Source of the DNA: Candidatus Bathyarchaeota archaeon
Lineage (GTDB): Archaea > Thermoproteota > Bathyarchaeia > TCS64
Assembly: GCA_043826455.1 (NCBI GenBank)
Contig: JBDRQD010000048.1
Location: 64,001 to 128,000, forward strand
Direction of reading: 5' to 3'
Length of the DNA stretch: 64,000 bases
Shown: in pieces, positions 28,698 through 38,640 of the stretch
How the letters are laid out: each line of letters opens with the position of its first letter
Position numbering within the stretch: position 1 is the stretch's first letter
Made by a program: the position numbers and the translations under genes
Notes under the pieces: generated by a model
The model's input: only the letters and a program-made list of their open reading frames with translations
What the model was told of the DNA's origin: nothing
The model's database searches: none

Positions 28698-29591
28698 ATG
28701 AGTGAAAGAATAACTAGGGTCCAGATACCGATGGAAGAGATGGGCATCACCCCCGGCAGCGCTTGCCAGGGATGTGGTGCGGCTCTCGCCGCCAGGCTAG
28801 CCTTCAAGGCACTGGGTCCCAACGTCATAAGACACGGAATCCCATGCTGCCCTGACACTGTCACGGCGACTCCGCAGGTTGGCGGAGTCTTTGAGGGAGG
28901 AGGTGCCCTGCTCACAGGAACCTCCAGGGGTCTGAAGGCCATCGGCCGTGAGGACGTCCTTGCAGTCGGTTTCTTCGGAGACGGCGGTACCTACGACATC
29001 GGGTTCCAGGGTCTCAGCGCGGCCGCGGAGAGGAACGAGGACATCCTCGTCATCACCAAGGACAACGAGGCCTACATGAACACGGGTAACCAGCGCAGCA
29101 GTTCGACGCCAAAATACGCCATAACGAGCACCAACCCGGTAGGCCCCAACAGCAGGGGTAAGGGACAGCCCAAGAAGAACATACCCTTCATCTTCGCAGC
29201 CCACTACGTGCCCTACGTGGCCACCACCAGCGTCGCCTTCCCAGAGGACCTGATCGCCAAGGTGAACTACGCCAAGACCATCAAGGGCTTCAGAATAATC
29301 ATCATACAGAGCCCTTGCCCGGTTGGCTGGAGGTTTGAGCCAGAGAAGACCATAGAGATCGCCAGAGCCGGCGTACAGTCAGGAATCTGGCCGCTCTTCG
29401 AGATCATGGACGGCAAAGACTTCAAGCTGAACTACAAGCCCAAGGAGCTCAAACCCATCACTGAGTACCTGAAGCCCCAGGCCAGGTTCCGCCACATGAC
29501 CGAGGCAGAGATCGCTGAGGTCCAAGAGGACACCACGTCCAAATGGCAGAACGTGCTCAAGGCCGACGAGATGAAAAGGGTAGTCATCTAA
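28698..29591 (+). CDS. 2-oxoacid:ferredoxin oxidoreductase beta subunit (TPP-binding)
   Basis: CQGCG, GDGGTYDIG, DNEAYMNTG, SPCPVGW. Confidence 0.92.
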   Translation: MSERITRVQIPMEEMGITPGSACQGCGAALAARLAFKALGPNVIRHGIPCCPDTVTATPQVGGVFEGGGALLTGTSRGLKAIGREDVLAVGFFGDGGTYDIGFQGLSAAAERNEDILVITKDNEAYMNTGNQRSSSTPKYAITSTNPVGPNSRGKGQPKKNIPFIFAAHYVPYVATTSVAFPEDLIAKVNYAKTIKGFRIIIIQSPCPVGWRFEPEKTIEIARAGVQSGIWPLFEIMDGKDFKLNYKPKELKPITEYLKPQARFRHMTEAEIAEVQEDTTSKWQNVLKADEMKRVVI

Positions 29592-29670
29592 ACCATCTTT
29601 TCTATTCTTTTTAATTATACATGTTTTAGACAGCTTTATTTTGCGGTCGCAGGTATCAGGTTGCGTCTTG

Positions 29671-30867
29671 TTGCCCAAGCGGTTGCATGGGGGTCTGCCC
29701 ACGAGTTTCTATGTGGTGGCCTTCAGCGGCTTCCTCTTCCACATGGGCGCCTCCGTCACAGGACCCATACTAACACTCCACATGAGAGACGTCGGGGCCA
29801 CCATATTCCAGATAGGCAGTATACTTTCACTCCAGTCCGCCCTGCTGATCCTGTTAAGAATCCCTCTCACATTGTTGGCCCGGAGGGTGGGGGAGAAGCG
29901 GATGCTCGCCCTTGCCTTCCTCTCCGAGTCAGCAGCCCAACTCCTCTATGGGCGGGCCGACAGCCCGGCATGGTTCTGGCTCATACCAGCGGTACAGGTG
30001 CTGGCCACAGGCACCTTCTTCCAGCTAGCCACAGCCATAAACAGCAACCTGGCCCCCGAGAGCAAGCAGGGGGAGGCACTGGGAAGGCATATGACCATCA
30101 TGTCCATCCCCAGCTTCCTCGGGCCAGCCCTGTGTGGATTACTGGTATCGTCCCTCGGATACAGGCGCATGTTCTACATATCCTTCTCGTTCCCCATCGT
30201 CGGGCTCATTCTGTTCTGGTTCTTCACCCGGGACCTGAGCCTAGCTGGCACCGAGGTGCCGACCCAGCAGGTCCCCACGGCGGAGTCCCTGAGGGCCCTC
30301 GTGGCTAACAGAAACGTGGCTGTCCTCGCGTTCATCCGGACCCTGTACTCCACAGGCAACAACACCTTCCAGACCCTGTTCAGCTTGTACGCCGTCACTC
30401 AGCTTGGTTATCAGGCAAACCAGGTGGCGGCACTCTTCTCAGCCCTAGGCGTGGCTAACACGGCGGTCAAGATACCTATAGGCTCTTTCTCTGATAGGGT
30501 AGGGCGTAAACAAGTGCTTCTAGCCACCTTCACCATCATTATTCTCGTCTACCTTGCCTTAGCCAGTTTCACCGGATACGCCACAGTAGCCGTGGCGGTG
30601 ATCGTGTTCGGCGCCGCGTGGGGCAGCCGCGCCACCGTGGAGTGGGCCGCCCTCACAAGCCTGGTGAAGCCTGAGATGAAGACCCTGGCCGTGGGCTTCA
30701 TGGAGGGGTTCTGGGACCTGGGGGCCGCCGCCGGGAGCTTCCTAGCAGGTGTCTTATCCGGGTTCCTACCCGTACCAACTATAATGTTGCTCATGGCGGC
30801 GATCAACGCTCCCACCTTACCGGCTATACTGCTTATGCGTGAGAAGAAGGGAGGCGACAAGACGTAG
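29671..30867 (+). CDS. MFS transporter
   Basis: About 12 hydrophobic segments, SDRVGRK motif; start uncertain (TTG 29671). Confidence 0.85.
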   Translation: MPKRLHGGLPTSFYVVAFSGFLFHMGASVTGPILTLHMRDVGATIFQIGSILSLQSALLILLRIPLTLLARRVGEKRMLALAFLSESAAQLLYGRADSPAWFWLIPAVQVLATGTFFQLATAINSNLAPESKQGEALGRHMTIMSIPSFLGPALCGLLVSSLGYRRMFYISFSFPIVGLILFWFFTRDLSLAGTEVPTQQVPTAESLRALVANRNVAVLAFIRTLYSTGNNTFQTLFSLYAVTQLGYQANQVAALFSALGVANTAVKIPIGSFSDRVGRKQVLLATFTIIILVYLALASFTGYATVAVAVIVFGAAWGSRATVEWAALTSLVKPEMKTLAVGFMEGFWDLGAAAGSFLAGVLSGFLPVPTIMLLMAAINAPTLPAILLMREKKGGDKT

Positions 30868-30878
30868 GCATCAAGGAA

Positions 30879-32030
30879 GTGTTAAGGTACCCCGGGGTGC
30901 TGCTCGGGGGCTTTTTGGCGCTGGCCACTCTCAGCGTCATGAACAGCGCATACAGCACCGTCTTGGACACCATAAAGGCGGAGATGAGCCTTAGCTACAG
31001 CCAGGCCGGGGCCCTCATGTCGGCCTACTTCATGGGGTACACCCTGGGCCAGATACCGTGGGGGCTTCTAGCCGACAGGAAAGGCAGCAGACAGGCTATA
31101 GCGTTGAGCGTCCTGGGCGTCTCAGCCGCCACCGTCCTCTTCGGCTTCAGCGGAGGCCTCACCTCGGCGCTCATCACCAGGTTCCTCGCAGGCATCTTGG
31201 GTGCGGGCGTCTTCGTGCCCTGCGTCCGCCTCGTGTCGGCTTGGTACAACTCGGATGAGCGAGGCACAGCCCTAGGTGTGCTGAACATCGGCGGCAGCCT
31301 GGGCCTCATACTGGCGTCTTGGGCCGCACCTCTCCTAGCGTTGCGCATAGGCTGGAGGCCCACTACGGGGCTCATAGGAGCAGCGGGCGTCCTCGTCGCG
31401 GCCCTCATCTGGCTCCTGGTCAAGGACCGTGACCAGTCCAGCTACGGTAGGATCGACCTCAGCTCTCTGCCCCTGAGGAGCAGGGGCTTCTGGCTCCTGG
31501 CCTCCACCCAGTTCATAAGGCTTGGCAGCTACTACACATTCATAGCCTGGCTGCCCCTAGTGCTGAAGGAGGAGTACGGGCTAGGAGTAGTGGCCACCAG
31601 CGGCGTCCTCAGCCTCTTCAACCTGGCGGGGATGTTCGCTAACCCCTTGGGTGGTGTGGTCTCCGACAAGGTGGGTAAGAGGGTGGTGATCCTGGCCAGC
31701 TTCCTCCTCCTGGGCCTCGACCTGCTGGTCTTCACACAGACCATCAGTGGTATACTTGTTTACGCCGCGGTTTTCCTTCTAGGCTGGTTCATCAACTTCG
31801 TCAGGAGCCCAGCCTTCACCATAATACCCGACATATTCGGCACCGAGTCAGCTGGAAGCATCTCGGGCATCCACAACACCTTCGCGTCCCTTGGGGCCCT
31901 GGCCTTGCCCTTCACCCTGGGCCTCATCAGGGACACAACCGCAGGCTACGCGGTCGGCTGGGCCGCCCTCTCAGTTCTCATGTTCACGGCTTCAACTCTC
32001 ATCTATTACCTGAGGGTCCCCGAGGAGTAG
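30879..32030 (+). CDS. MFS transporter
   Basis: GLLADRKGSR and SDKVGKR motifs, multiple TMs. Confidence 0.88.
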   Translation: MLRYPGVLLGGFLALATLSVMNSAYSTVLDTIKAEMSLSYSQAGALMSAYFMGYTLGQIPWGLLADRKGSRQAIALSVLGVSAATVLFGFSGGLTSALITRFLAGILGAGVFVPCVRLVSAWYNSDERGTALGVLNIGGSLGLILASWAAPLLALRIGWRPTTGLIGAAGVLVAALIWLLVKDRDQSSYGRIDLSSLPLRSRGFWLLASTQFIRLGSYYTFIAWLPLVLKEEYGLGVVATSGVLSLFNLAGMFANPLGGVVSDKVGKRVVILASFLLLGLDLLVFTQTISGILVYAAVFLLGWFINFVRSPAFTIIPDIFGTESAGSISGIHNTFASLGALALPFTLGLIRDTTAGYAVGWAALSVLMFTASTLIYYLRVPEE

Positions 32031-32081
32031 GGAACATTTTTAAACACAGCATTGATTTCAGCTAACGTTAGGAGGTTTCTG

Positions 32082-32588
32082 ATGCCCTACTGCCCATCCT
32101 GCGGAAAAGAGGTAAGCGAGGACGACGAGTTCTGCTCCAAGTGCCGTGCACCCCTTAATGAGCCCAGGCTCCGCCCGGTGAGGAGGCGCGACGAGAAGGA
32201 CGAGAAAGATGAGAAGGACGAGAAGGATGAGAAGGACGAGAAACGGGAGGACGACCAGGCAGGAGCCCTGGTGGGCGGCCTCGTCGTAGTGTGGCTCGGG
32301 GTCAGCTTCGCCCTCAGGAACCTAGGCTACTACCCGTGGGCCGACATGGGCGGCGTCTTCCTCCTGGGGCTGGGCGTAATACTCATACTGAGGGGCCTGT
32401 GGGCCTACAGCAAGACAGGCGTCCTCGACCAGGGCTTCGGCTACATTATTGGCGGCGGCTTCGTGGCTCTCCTGGGCGCAGGGATCGTATACAACATCCG
32501 GGACCTGTGGCCCTTCTTCATCATAGGCCTCGGTGCAGTACTGGTCCTCAGGGCCCTCATGGTCCGGGACCGGAACCCCCAGCCCTAG
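32082..32588 (+). CDS. Zinc-ribbon membrane protein with DEK repeats
   Basis: CPSCG...FCSKC, (DEK)6, four TMs; GGAGG SD before the ATG. Confidence 0.8.
   Translation: MPYCPSCGKEVSEDDEFCSKCRAPLNEPRLRPVRRRDEKDEKDEKDEKDEKDEKREDDQAGALVGGLVVVWLGVSFALRNLGYYPWADMGGVFLLGLGVILILRGLWAYSKTGVLDQGFGYIIGGGFVALLGAGIVYNIRDLWPFFIIGLGAVLVLRALMVRDRNPQP
32190..32243 (+). repeat. Coding 9-bp tandem repeat x6 (GAYGAGAAR = DEK)
   Basis: Direct reading. Confidence 0.9.
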
Positions 32589-33682
32589 AGAAACCAGCCG
32601 AAGACGGCCCTGAAGAGCACGTGCTCCAGCACAGTCAGAGGCTTGTCCCTGCCGAATACCCTGAAGTAGTTCTTACCTGCGGCCTCAACCAGGTCGCCTA
32701 TCAGGTACCTGGGGAACAAGGGTGTTGACACTATGAGCCTCCCCCACTCGCCACGCCTGATCTCGTGCAGCGGCTTCACTCCTCCGCGGGTCGCAACCTC
32801 GAAAACGTAGAGGTCGTAGTTGGGCACCCAGTAGGGTAGCTCGTCCACCTGCTGGCCGAAGGCGCCCTCCGTGGCCGTGTACATCTCCACCACGGGGACG
32901 CTCCCGTACATGTTCCTGAGGATGGGGGCGTACCTGGACTGGATTTTAGCCACGCTGGTGGTGTACACCACGTTCAGCCTCCACAGGTCTCGGGGAAGCA
33001 CGCCGTGGCGCCTCTTGACGTAGCGGGCGAACCCTGTCTGGACGGGGGCTACCCCCATCACCGTTACTATCTCCTCGTTTTTAACCCTTTGGTAGATGTA
33101 CTCGTACCGCCTCTCCCAGCCCTCCACGCTGAGCCCCGTCTCCAGGGCATCGATCTCCTCCTGCCTGGGGACCAACCGGAGCCCGGCCATCATGGGGTTC
33201 AGTTTAGCATAGGTGCCGGAGCTGAACCCGTACACCACCTCTCGGCCCCCATCCTCCATCACTTTCATGTTGCTGGGGAACTGGAGGTTGAGGACACCGC
33301 CCGCCAGGGTCTCCAAGCCGCCGTGGGTCATAGCGAAGCTGAGGACGGCCCTGGAGCCGCCCCTCACCAGGTGGTCCATGTGCTTAGGGGTGACGGGCAC
33401 CACCTTTGATGACCCCGTGGTGCCCCGGGTCATCACCCAGGTGATGGGCGCCTCGGAGAGAAGCGCCTCATGGTCGCCGTGCCTCACCCTCTCCAGCCAG
33501 GGCTCCAGGTCACGGTAGGAGGCCGCCGTGGCGCTGCTCCACTCGAAGTCTGCCCCGTACTCGGTTAACCTATAGTCTTCCTGAAGAGACTCCCTGAGGA
33601 TGCCCTGGGCATGTGCCGGGTCAGCCAGGCTCTTCCTCATGGCTTCAAGGTTGTCAGCTACTCTTCTGAGGGCTTCTTCCAT
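32585..33682 (-). CDS. GH3-family acyl-adenylate/amido synthetase-like protein
   Basis: TRGTTGSSK P-loop, YTATEG, RYLIGD, FGR hinge. Confidence 0.75.
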   Translation of the reverse strand: MEEALRRVADNLEAMRKSLADPAHAQGILRESLQEDYRLTEYGADFEWSSATAASYRDLEPWLERVRHGDHEALLSEAPITWVMTRGTTGSSKVVPVTPKHMDHLVRGGSRAVLSFAMTHGGLETLAGGVLNLQFPSNMKVMEDGGREVVYGFSSGTYAKLNPMMAGLRLVPRQEEIDALETGLSVEGWERRYEYIYQRVKNEEIVTVMGVAPVQTGFARYVKRRHGVLPRDLWRLNVVYTTSVAKIQSRYAPILRNMYGSVPVVEMYTATEGAFGQQVDELPYWVPNYDLYVFEVATRGGVKPLHEIRRGEWGRLIVSTPLFPRYLIGDLVEAAGKNYFRVFGRDKPLTVLEHVLFRAVFGWFL

Positions 33683-33758
33683 TCCAAGACATAATGCAGG
33701 CCACACGTTTATTCCAATTACGATTCAGCTTAATAGCGGGGAAACCCACCTTCAATGT

Positions 33759-34502
33759 ATGAAGAGACAGTTCGTATTAACCGTAGCCGAGTCAAAGCGG
33801 CTGATAGCCAAGGCCGTGGCGGCCCTACCCGAGGTGCAGAGGGCCATGAAAGAAGGAACCGTCGTCGTGGCGACGGGCACCACCAACGCCTACGTGCTCG
33901 AGGAGCTCTGGGGCAAGAGGATCGATAAACGCTGCTACAGGAGCGGCATCACCACCCCCGATGAGCCCGAGAAGAGCCCCCAGCCCCAGGGGGAGAAGAT
34001 ACCCGACGTGGTCTTCGTGAAGGGCAAGGTGGAGCCCAAGTACGACCGCGTCACCGCGGTAAAAGACATGAAGAAGGGGGACATCTACATCAAGGGCGCC
34101 AACGTCCTGGACTACCTTGGCAACATGGCCGGCATCCTCATAGGGGGCATGGACGGCGCCACCATCGGTAACACCCTGGGCCACATCATCGGCAAGCAGA
34201 TCAACCTTATAATCCCCATAGGCTTGGAGAAGCTCAGCTACGAGGACATCAACGAGCTCTACATGCTGGCCAGCGACGAGGACTACGAGGGCCCCAGAAT
34301 GTGGCCCCTCACGGGCACCATCATCACCGAGATCGAGGCCCTGGGCATCCTCACAGGCGTGGACGCATACCTGTACTCAGCAGGGGGCGTAGCGGGCGCC
34401 GAGGGCGCGGTACGGCTCCTTGTGGAGGGCGCTGACGAGGAGGTCGAGGAGACCCTGGAACTTGTCAAGTCCATCAAAGGCGAGCCCCGATACCTCCTGT
34501 AA
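33759..34502 (+). CDS. Conserved hypothetical protein
   Basis: LTVAESKRLIAKA, GTTNAY, KGAN, PIGLEK; strong coding codon usage. Confidence 0.7.
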   Translation: MKRQFVLTVAESKRLIAKAVAALPEVQRAMKEGTVVVATGTTNAYVLEELWGKRIDKRCYRSGITTPDEPEKSPQPQGEKIPDVVFVKGKVEPKYDRVTAVKDMKKGDIYIKGANVLDYLGNMAGILIGGMDGATIGNTLGHIIGKQINLIIPIGLEKLSYEDINELYMLASDEDYEGPRMWPLTGTIITEIEALGILTGVDAYLYSAGGVAGAEGAVRLLVEGADEEVEETLELVKSIKGEPRYLL

Positions 34503-34506
34503 CACC

Positions 34507-35331
34507 ATGCGCCTGAGAGAAACAACCCACTATTTTCTACAGAGGCACAACATCAAGGTAGACCCTTCCCTGGACGAGCAGCAGCTGGTGGACGAGGCCG
34601 CTGTGGCCAAGCTAGTGGCCTCAGCCATGATAGAGCCCGGGGATACAGTGGTTGAAGTGGGGCCGGGCCTGGGGAACATAACCGAGGCTCTACTCTCGGC
34701 CGCCGGAAGAGTGATCGCCGTGGAGAAGAACCCAAAGTACATCCCAGCGCTCCTGGACCGGTTCAGGGGCTCGACGAAGCTGGAGATAATCACCGGGGAC
34801 GCTCTGAAGATAAGTTACCCTAGGCACGATCGTCTGGTCTCAAACCTACCATACATGATAAGTGAGGCCATGATACAGATGCTTCCCCGCCTCAGTTTTA
34901 GGGCAGCCGCCTTCATAGTGCCGGAGGGCTTCGGCCACAGGGTCACTGCGGGTGTGGGCGTCGCCGGCTACACGAAGCTATCGTATGTGACCCAACTATA
35001 TTTCACGGTAAACAAGGTTGATGAGGTGCTGCCCGATGCTTACATACCCGAGCCCGGGACATCCACTTGGATCGTATCTTTGAAGCCAAGAGAGCCCGAG
35101 ACGATGGTGGAGCAGGTGATGCGTGAGCTTCTGTTACAGGGCGACAAGCTTGTCAAGAACGGTCTCAGGGAAGCCCTGATACGGGCTGGGTGCTGTGAGA
35201 CTAAGCGGCAGGCAAGGTTCAAGATGGCTCACACAGCTATGCCGGACAGGGTCTGGGGTAAGAGCGTCTCTAGGCTTTCACTTAGGGATCTGATAAAAAT
35301 GGAGGAGGCTTTAGGCCTCATCCTTCAATGA
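34507..35331 (+). CDS. rRNA adenine dimethyltransferase family (RsmA/KsgA-like)
   Basis: VEVGPGLG, GDAL, VSNLPY. Confidence 0.8.
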   Translation: MRLRETTHYFLQRHNIKVDPSLDEQQLVDEAAVAKLVASAMIEPGDTVVEVGPGLGNITEALLSAAGRVIAVEKNPKYIPALLDRFRGSTKLEIITGDALKISYPRHDRLVSNLPYMISEAMIQMLPRLSFRAAAFIVPEGFGHRVTAGVGVAGYTKLSYVTQLYFTVNKVDEVLPDAYIPEPGTSTWIVSLKPREPETMVEQVMRELLLQGDKLVKNGLREALIRAGCCETKRQARFKMAHTAMPDRVWGKSVSRLSLRDLIKMEEALGLILQ

Positions 35332-35716
35332 AGGCCTGCCCCACCTCGTCCCAGATACCGTCCAAGACCAAACCCACGACTCTGTTATTGATGACATAGG
35401 CTTCAGCCACGTGGCGGGTTACCACCTGTAAGAGCATCTGTCCTGAACGGTTACCGTAGCTGCTGTGGCCGCACTCGAACTCCAGGCAGACGAGGTGCCC
35501 GTCGCCGAGGCGCTGGACAGTCTTCACCTGCACGGATTCCTTAAACCCGTCGAACATGAAGGTGGGTGACACCACGAGGTGGTTATATGCGGCGGATGCC
35601 GCCTTGTCCTCAGCCGCTCTCCGCTGGGTCCTCTGCCACGCTGAGATGGTTAGGACCGGTAGACACATGGCCGTTACGACGAAGGCCACCAGTAGCACGT
35701 TTACCTGCTTCGACAT
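35318..35716 (-). CDS. Membrane-anchored hypothetical protein
   Basis: N-terminal TM; SPTFMFDG...YGNRSGQMLLQVVTRH. Confidence 0.6.
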   Translation of the reverse strand: MSKQVNVLLVAFVVTAMCLPVLTISAWQRTQRRAAEDKAASAAYNHLVVSPTFMFDGFKESVQVKTVQRLGDGHLVCLEFECGHSSYGNRSGQMLLQVVTRHVAEAYVINNRVVGLVLDGIWDEVGQAFIEG

Positions 35717-35848
35717 ACCCTATCGAGGTATGCTTATCCCTGGTCAAAGATAATCCCAGGGAATAGATCAGTCGTTCAACTCCATGGAACGCCGGGTAAT
35801 GATTTATACCGCCGCCATACGGTTAAAGGGATTCACCGGGGTGATTTT

Positions 35849-37108
35849 TTGGAGGTGAGGCGCAGGTTGGGGGAAGTCTTCTACGGGTACTGGATACTCC
35901 TAGGGGCCGTCATCCTCCACGCCCTAGACTCCGGCATGTACTTCTACGGCTTCAGCGTCTTCTACACACCCCTCCGGGAGGAGTTCGGCTGGAGCAACAC
36001 CGTCGTCTCAGGCGCTGTAAGCTTCTCCCGCCTCGAAGGGGGCTTGGAGGGGCCCGTCGTGGGGTACCTGATAGACAAATATGGGGCTCGGAAGCTCCTA
36101 GCGGTAGGTGCCTTCCTCACCGGCTTAGGCTTCATAGCCATGCTCCGGGTGGACAGCGTCTGGATGTTGTACCTGATCTACGGGGGCGTCCTAAGCGTAG
36201 GATACAACACGGGGTTCAGCCATAGCCTGGCCACCATCATCAACCAGTGGTTCATCAGGAAGAGGAGCCGCGCCATGAGCATCTACGCCATGGCAGCCGG
36301 CCTCGGCGGCGCCATCATAGTGCCCCTACTGGCTAAATCCATAGCCATGAACGGGTGGAGGATGACCGCCGTATACTGTGGGATAACCTTCTGGATTGCG
36401 GGTCTAACCCTGGCTCTCATCTTCAGGGACAAGCCTGAGGACATGGGGCTGCTCCCCGACGGAGACACCCTCCTTATGAGCGCCGACACGGGCTCAGGGC
36501 TGACTAACCGCAAAGCTGAGGCCGAGTTCACCACGAAACAGGCTTTATCGTCCCCCACCTTCAGGTGGCTGCTTCTAGGGGAGTCCTTCCGCAGCTTCCT
36601 ATTGGGCTCCATAGTGCTCCACCAGATACCTCACCTGGTGTCCATAGGCATCAACCAGGAGACAGCGGCCTCCATACTAGGCCTCATGATCCTCATCAGC
36701 ATAGCCGGGCGCCTTGTCTTCGGCACCATGGGGGACTTCGTGAACAAGAGGCTGCTCCTCTCAGCCACCATGATACTCCAAGCTATAGGCGTCCTGGTCT
36801 TCGCTTACGCGTCCAGCGTCGTCCACGTGTACGCGTTCGTCATCGTATACGGCCTCGCCTACGGAGGTGCCATCCCTCTTCTGATGGCCTTCAGGGGAGA
36901 ACTCTTTGGCCGCAAAAGGTTCGCCACAATATCGGGTATGATGGCTCCCTTCAAGATGATCGGGAACGTGGGCGGCCCCATATTCGCCGGCTACGTCTTC
37001 GACGTCACGGGGAGCTATAGGCTGGCCTTCCTGTCCTTCGTTCTGCTCGCTGCTCTATCCGCGGCTTCCTTCTTCATGGTGAAGTCAGATACAATAAACC
37101 CGCTCTAG
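35849..37108 (+). CDS. MFS transporter (OFA/monocarboxylate-like)
   Basis: GYLIDKYGAR, WFIRKRSRA, PEDMGLLPDG. Confidence 0.9.
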   Translation: MEVRRRLGEVFYGYWILLGAVILHALDSGMYFYGFSVFYTPLREEFGWSNTVVSGAVSFSRLEGGLEGPVVGYLIDKYGARKLLAVGAFLTGLGFIAMLRVDSVWMLYLIYGGVLSVGYNTGFSHSLATIINQWFIRKRSRAMSIYAMAAGLGGAIIVPLLAKSIAMNGWRMTAVYCGITFWIAGLTLALIFRDKPEDMGLLPDGDTLLMSADTGSGLTNRKAEAEFTTKQALSSPTFRWLLLGESFRSFLLGSIVLHQIPHLVSIGINQETAASILGLMILISIAGRLVFGTMGDFVNKRLLLSATMILQAIGVLVFAYASSVVHVYAFVIVYGLAYGGAIPLLMAFRGELFGRKRFATISGMMAPFKMIGNVGGPIFAGYVFDVTGSYRLAFLSFVLLAALSAASFFMVKSDTINPL

Positions 37109-37156
37109 TATGCAAAAAGTAGATATCTGTGAGCCCGTTTATCCATATTGGTACAG

Positions 37157-37402
37157 ATGAAGGCGTTCGTTCTATTAAACACAGAGCTAGGGCAGGAGGC
37201 GTCCATCACTGAGGCTCTCGAAGGCGTGAAGGAGATCATAGGGATTCACAGTCTCTACGGTATCTACGACCTCATCATCGAGATGGAGGCGGAGAGTATG
37301 GACAGGGTCAAGGAGATAGTCTTCAACAAGGTTAGGCGCCTGGAGCACGTGAAGAGCACCATAACGCTTCTGACCTACGGTGAACCAATAATCAACGAGT
37401 AA
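37157..37402 (+). CDS. Stand-alone Lrp/AsnC ligand-binding (RAM) domain protein
   Basis: AFVLLNT, YGIYDLI, VKSTITL. Confidence 0.8.
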   Translation: MKAFVLLNTELGQEASITEALEGVKEIIGIHSLYGIYDLIIEMEAESMDRVKEIVFNKVRRLEHVKSTITLLTYGEPIINE

Positions 37403-37569
37403 CCACCCACCCCTTCTTTCAGGATACAATAAAACAAAATATTGTTCCCTCATGGTTTGATTGAGGGCCAGAGACTTGTAAAAAGAACCCCCCTTCACAA
37501 AATCTCTGGCTTCCTCAAAAAATGGGATACAGTTTTATGCAACACCCCGTAACAGACACGTGAACTGAA

Positions 37570-38640
37570 ATGAGTAACTCAGGAATGGGCTTCGGGGGCT
37601 TCCTCCTGGGGCTCGGAGGAGGCTGGTACTTCTTCAGGTACATCGACGCCTCCCTGGACATCATAAGCTACGTCTTGGTCCTCATGGGGGCAGGCATCAT
37701 CATCAACGCCCTATTATCCCAAGGAGGCAGACGCAACCCCCTGCAGGGCCTATTCGGAGGCATGATCGGCGGCCTATTCCTGGCCCTGTTCTTCACGCAG
37801 GGATTCGCCATCTTTGAGAGCATAGGTGAAGGCTTCGGTACAGTTGGCTCCAATTACCGGATACAGGAGACAGAAACTCTCACGGGGGACGTTGACCTCC
37901 AGAAGCTGTACCTTGAGATCGACAACAAAAACGGGGGGATTACGGTGGAGACCTGGGACCAGCCCGGGTACCAAATTGACCTGACAATGAAGGCAAAGGG
38001 AGCTTCTGACAGGCAGGCGCAGGAAAACCTTGACAAGGTACAGATATGGTTCTCTGACAACGACCTGGCTGGCACACAGAGGCTTTCATTGGAGTTCACG
38101 GTGCCAGGGGATAACTGGAGCAACTACGCTATAACCGTGAGCGCGAAGGTTCCCGAGGGCGTGGTCTTGGACCTCGACGTAACTACCAGCAATGGGGAGA
38201 TAGTTCTCACAGACGTGTCAGGCAGAGACATGGTGCTGCACACCAGCAACGGCAGAATGACCCTGGACAAGATGTACGCCGAGACAATCAGAGGCTCCAC
38301 AAGCAACGGAAGGATAAGCGGTGAGGTGGAGGCCTCCATCGTCGACCTGTCCACCAGCAACGGCTCCATTGACCTCACCATACCCGCAACCAGGAGCGGC
38401 GACTACGCGCTGGACACCAGCAACGGCTCCATAGACCTAACACTACCCAAGTCCACCAACATAGGCTACGACATTAACCTGAGCACCAGCCTGGGCTCAG
38501 TGAACGTGGACCTCCCCACCCTGTCCTACACCATCAACGAGAGTCGAAGGAAGGTGGCATCCACGGACGGGTACCTAGGCAAGGAGATCCAGGTGAAGAT
38601 CGCCGCGAAGACCAGCATAGGCAGCATCGAGATCAACTAG
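37570..38640 (+). CDS. DUF4097-type beta-strand-repeat membrane protein
   Basis: Three N-terminal TMs; repeated TSNG motifs. Confidence 0.8.
   Translation: MSNSGMGFGGFLLGLGGGWYFFRYIDASLDIISYVLVLMGAGIIINALLSQGGRRNPLQGLFGGMIGGLFLALFFTQGFAIFESIGEGFGTVGSNYRIQETETLTGDVDLQKLYLEIDNKNGGITVETWDQPGYQIDLTMKAKGASDRQAQENLDKVQIWFSDNDLAGTQRLSLEFTVPGDNWSNYAITVSAKVPEGVVLDLDVTTSNGEIVLTDVSGRDMVLHTSNGRMTLDKMYAETIRGSTSNGRISGEVEASIVDLSTSNGSIDLTIPATRSGDYALDTSNGSIDLTLPKSTNIGYDINLSTSLGSVNVDLPTLSYTINESRRKVASTDGYLGKEIQVKIAAKTSIGSIEIN

Noticed and set aside
38185..38430. Recurrent ACCAGCAACGG DNA repeats
   Set aside because: They encode the TSNG repeats of the DUF4097 protein
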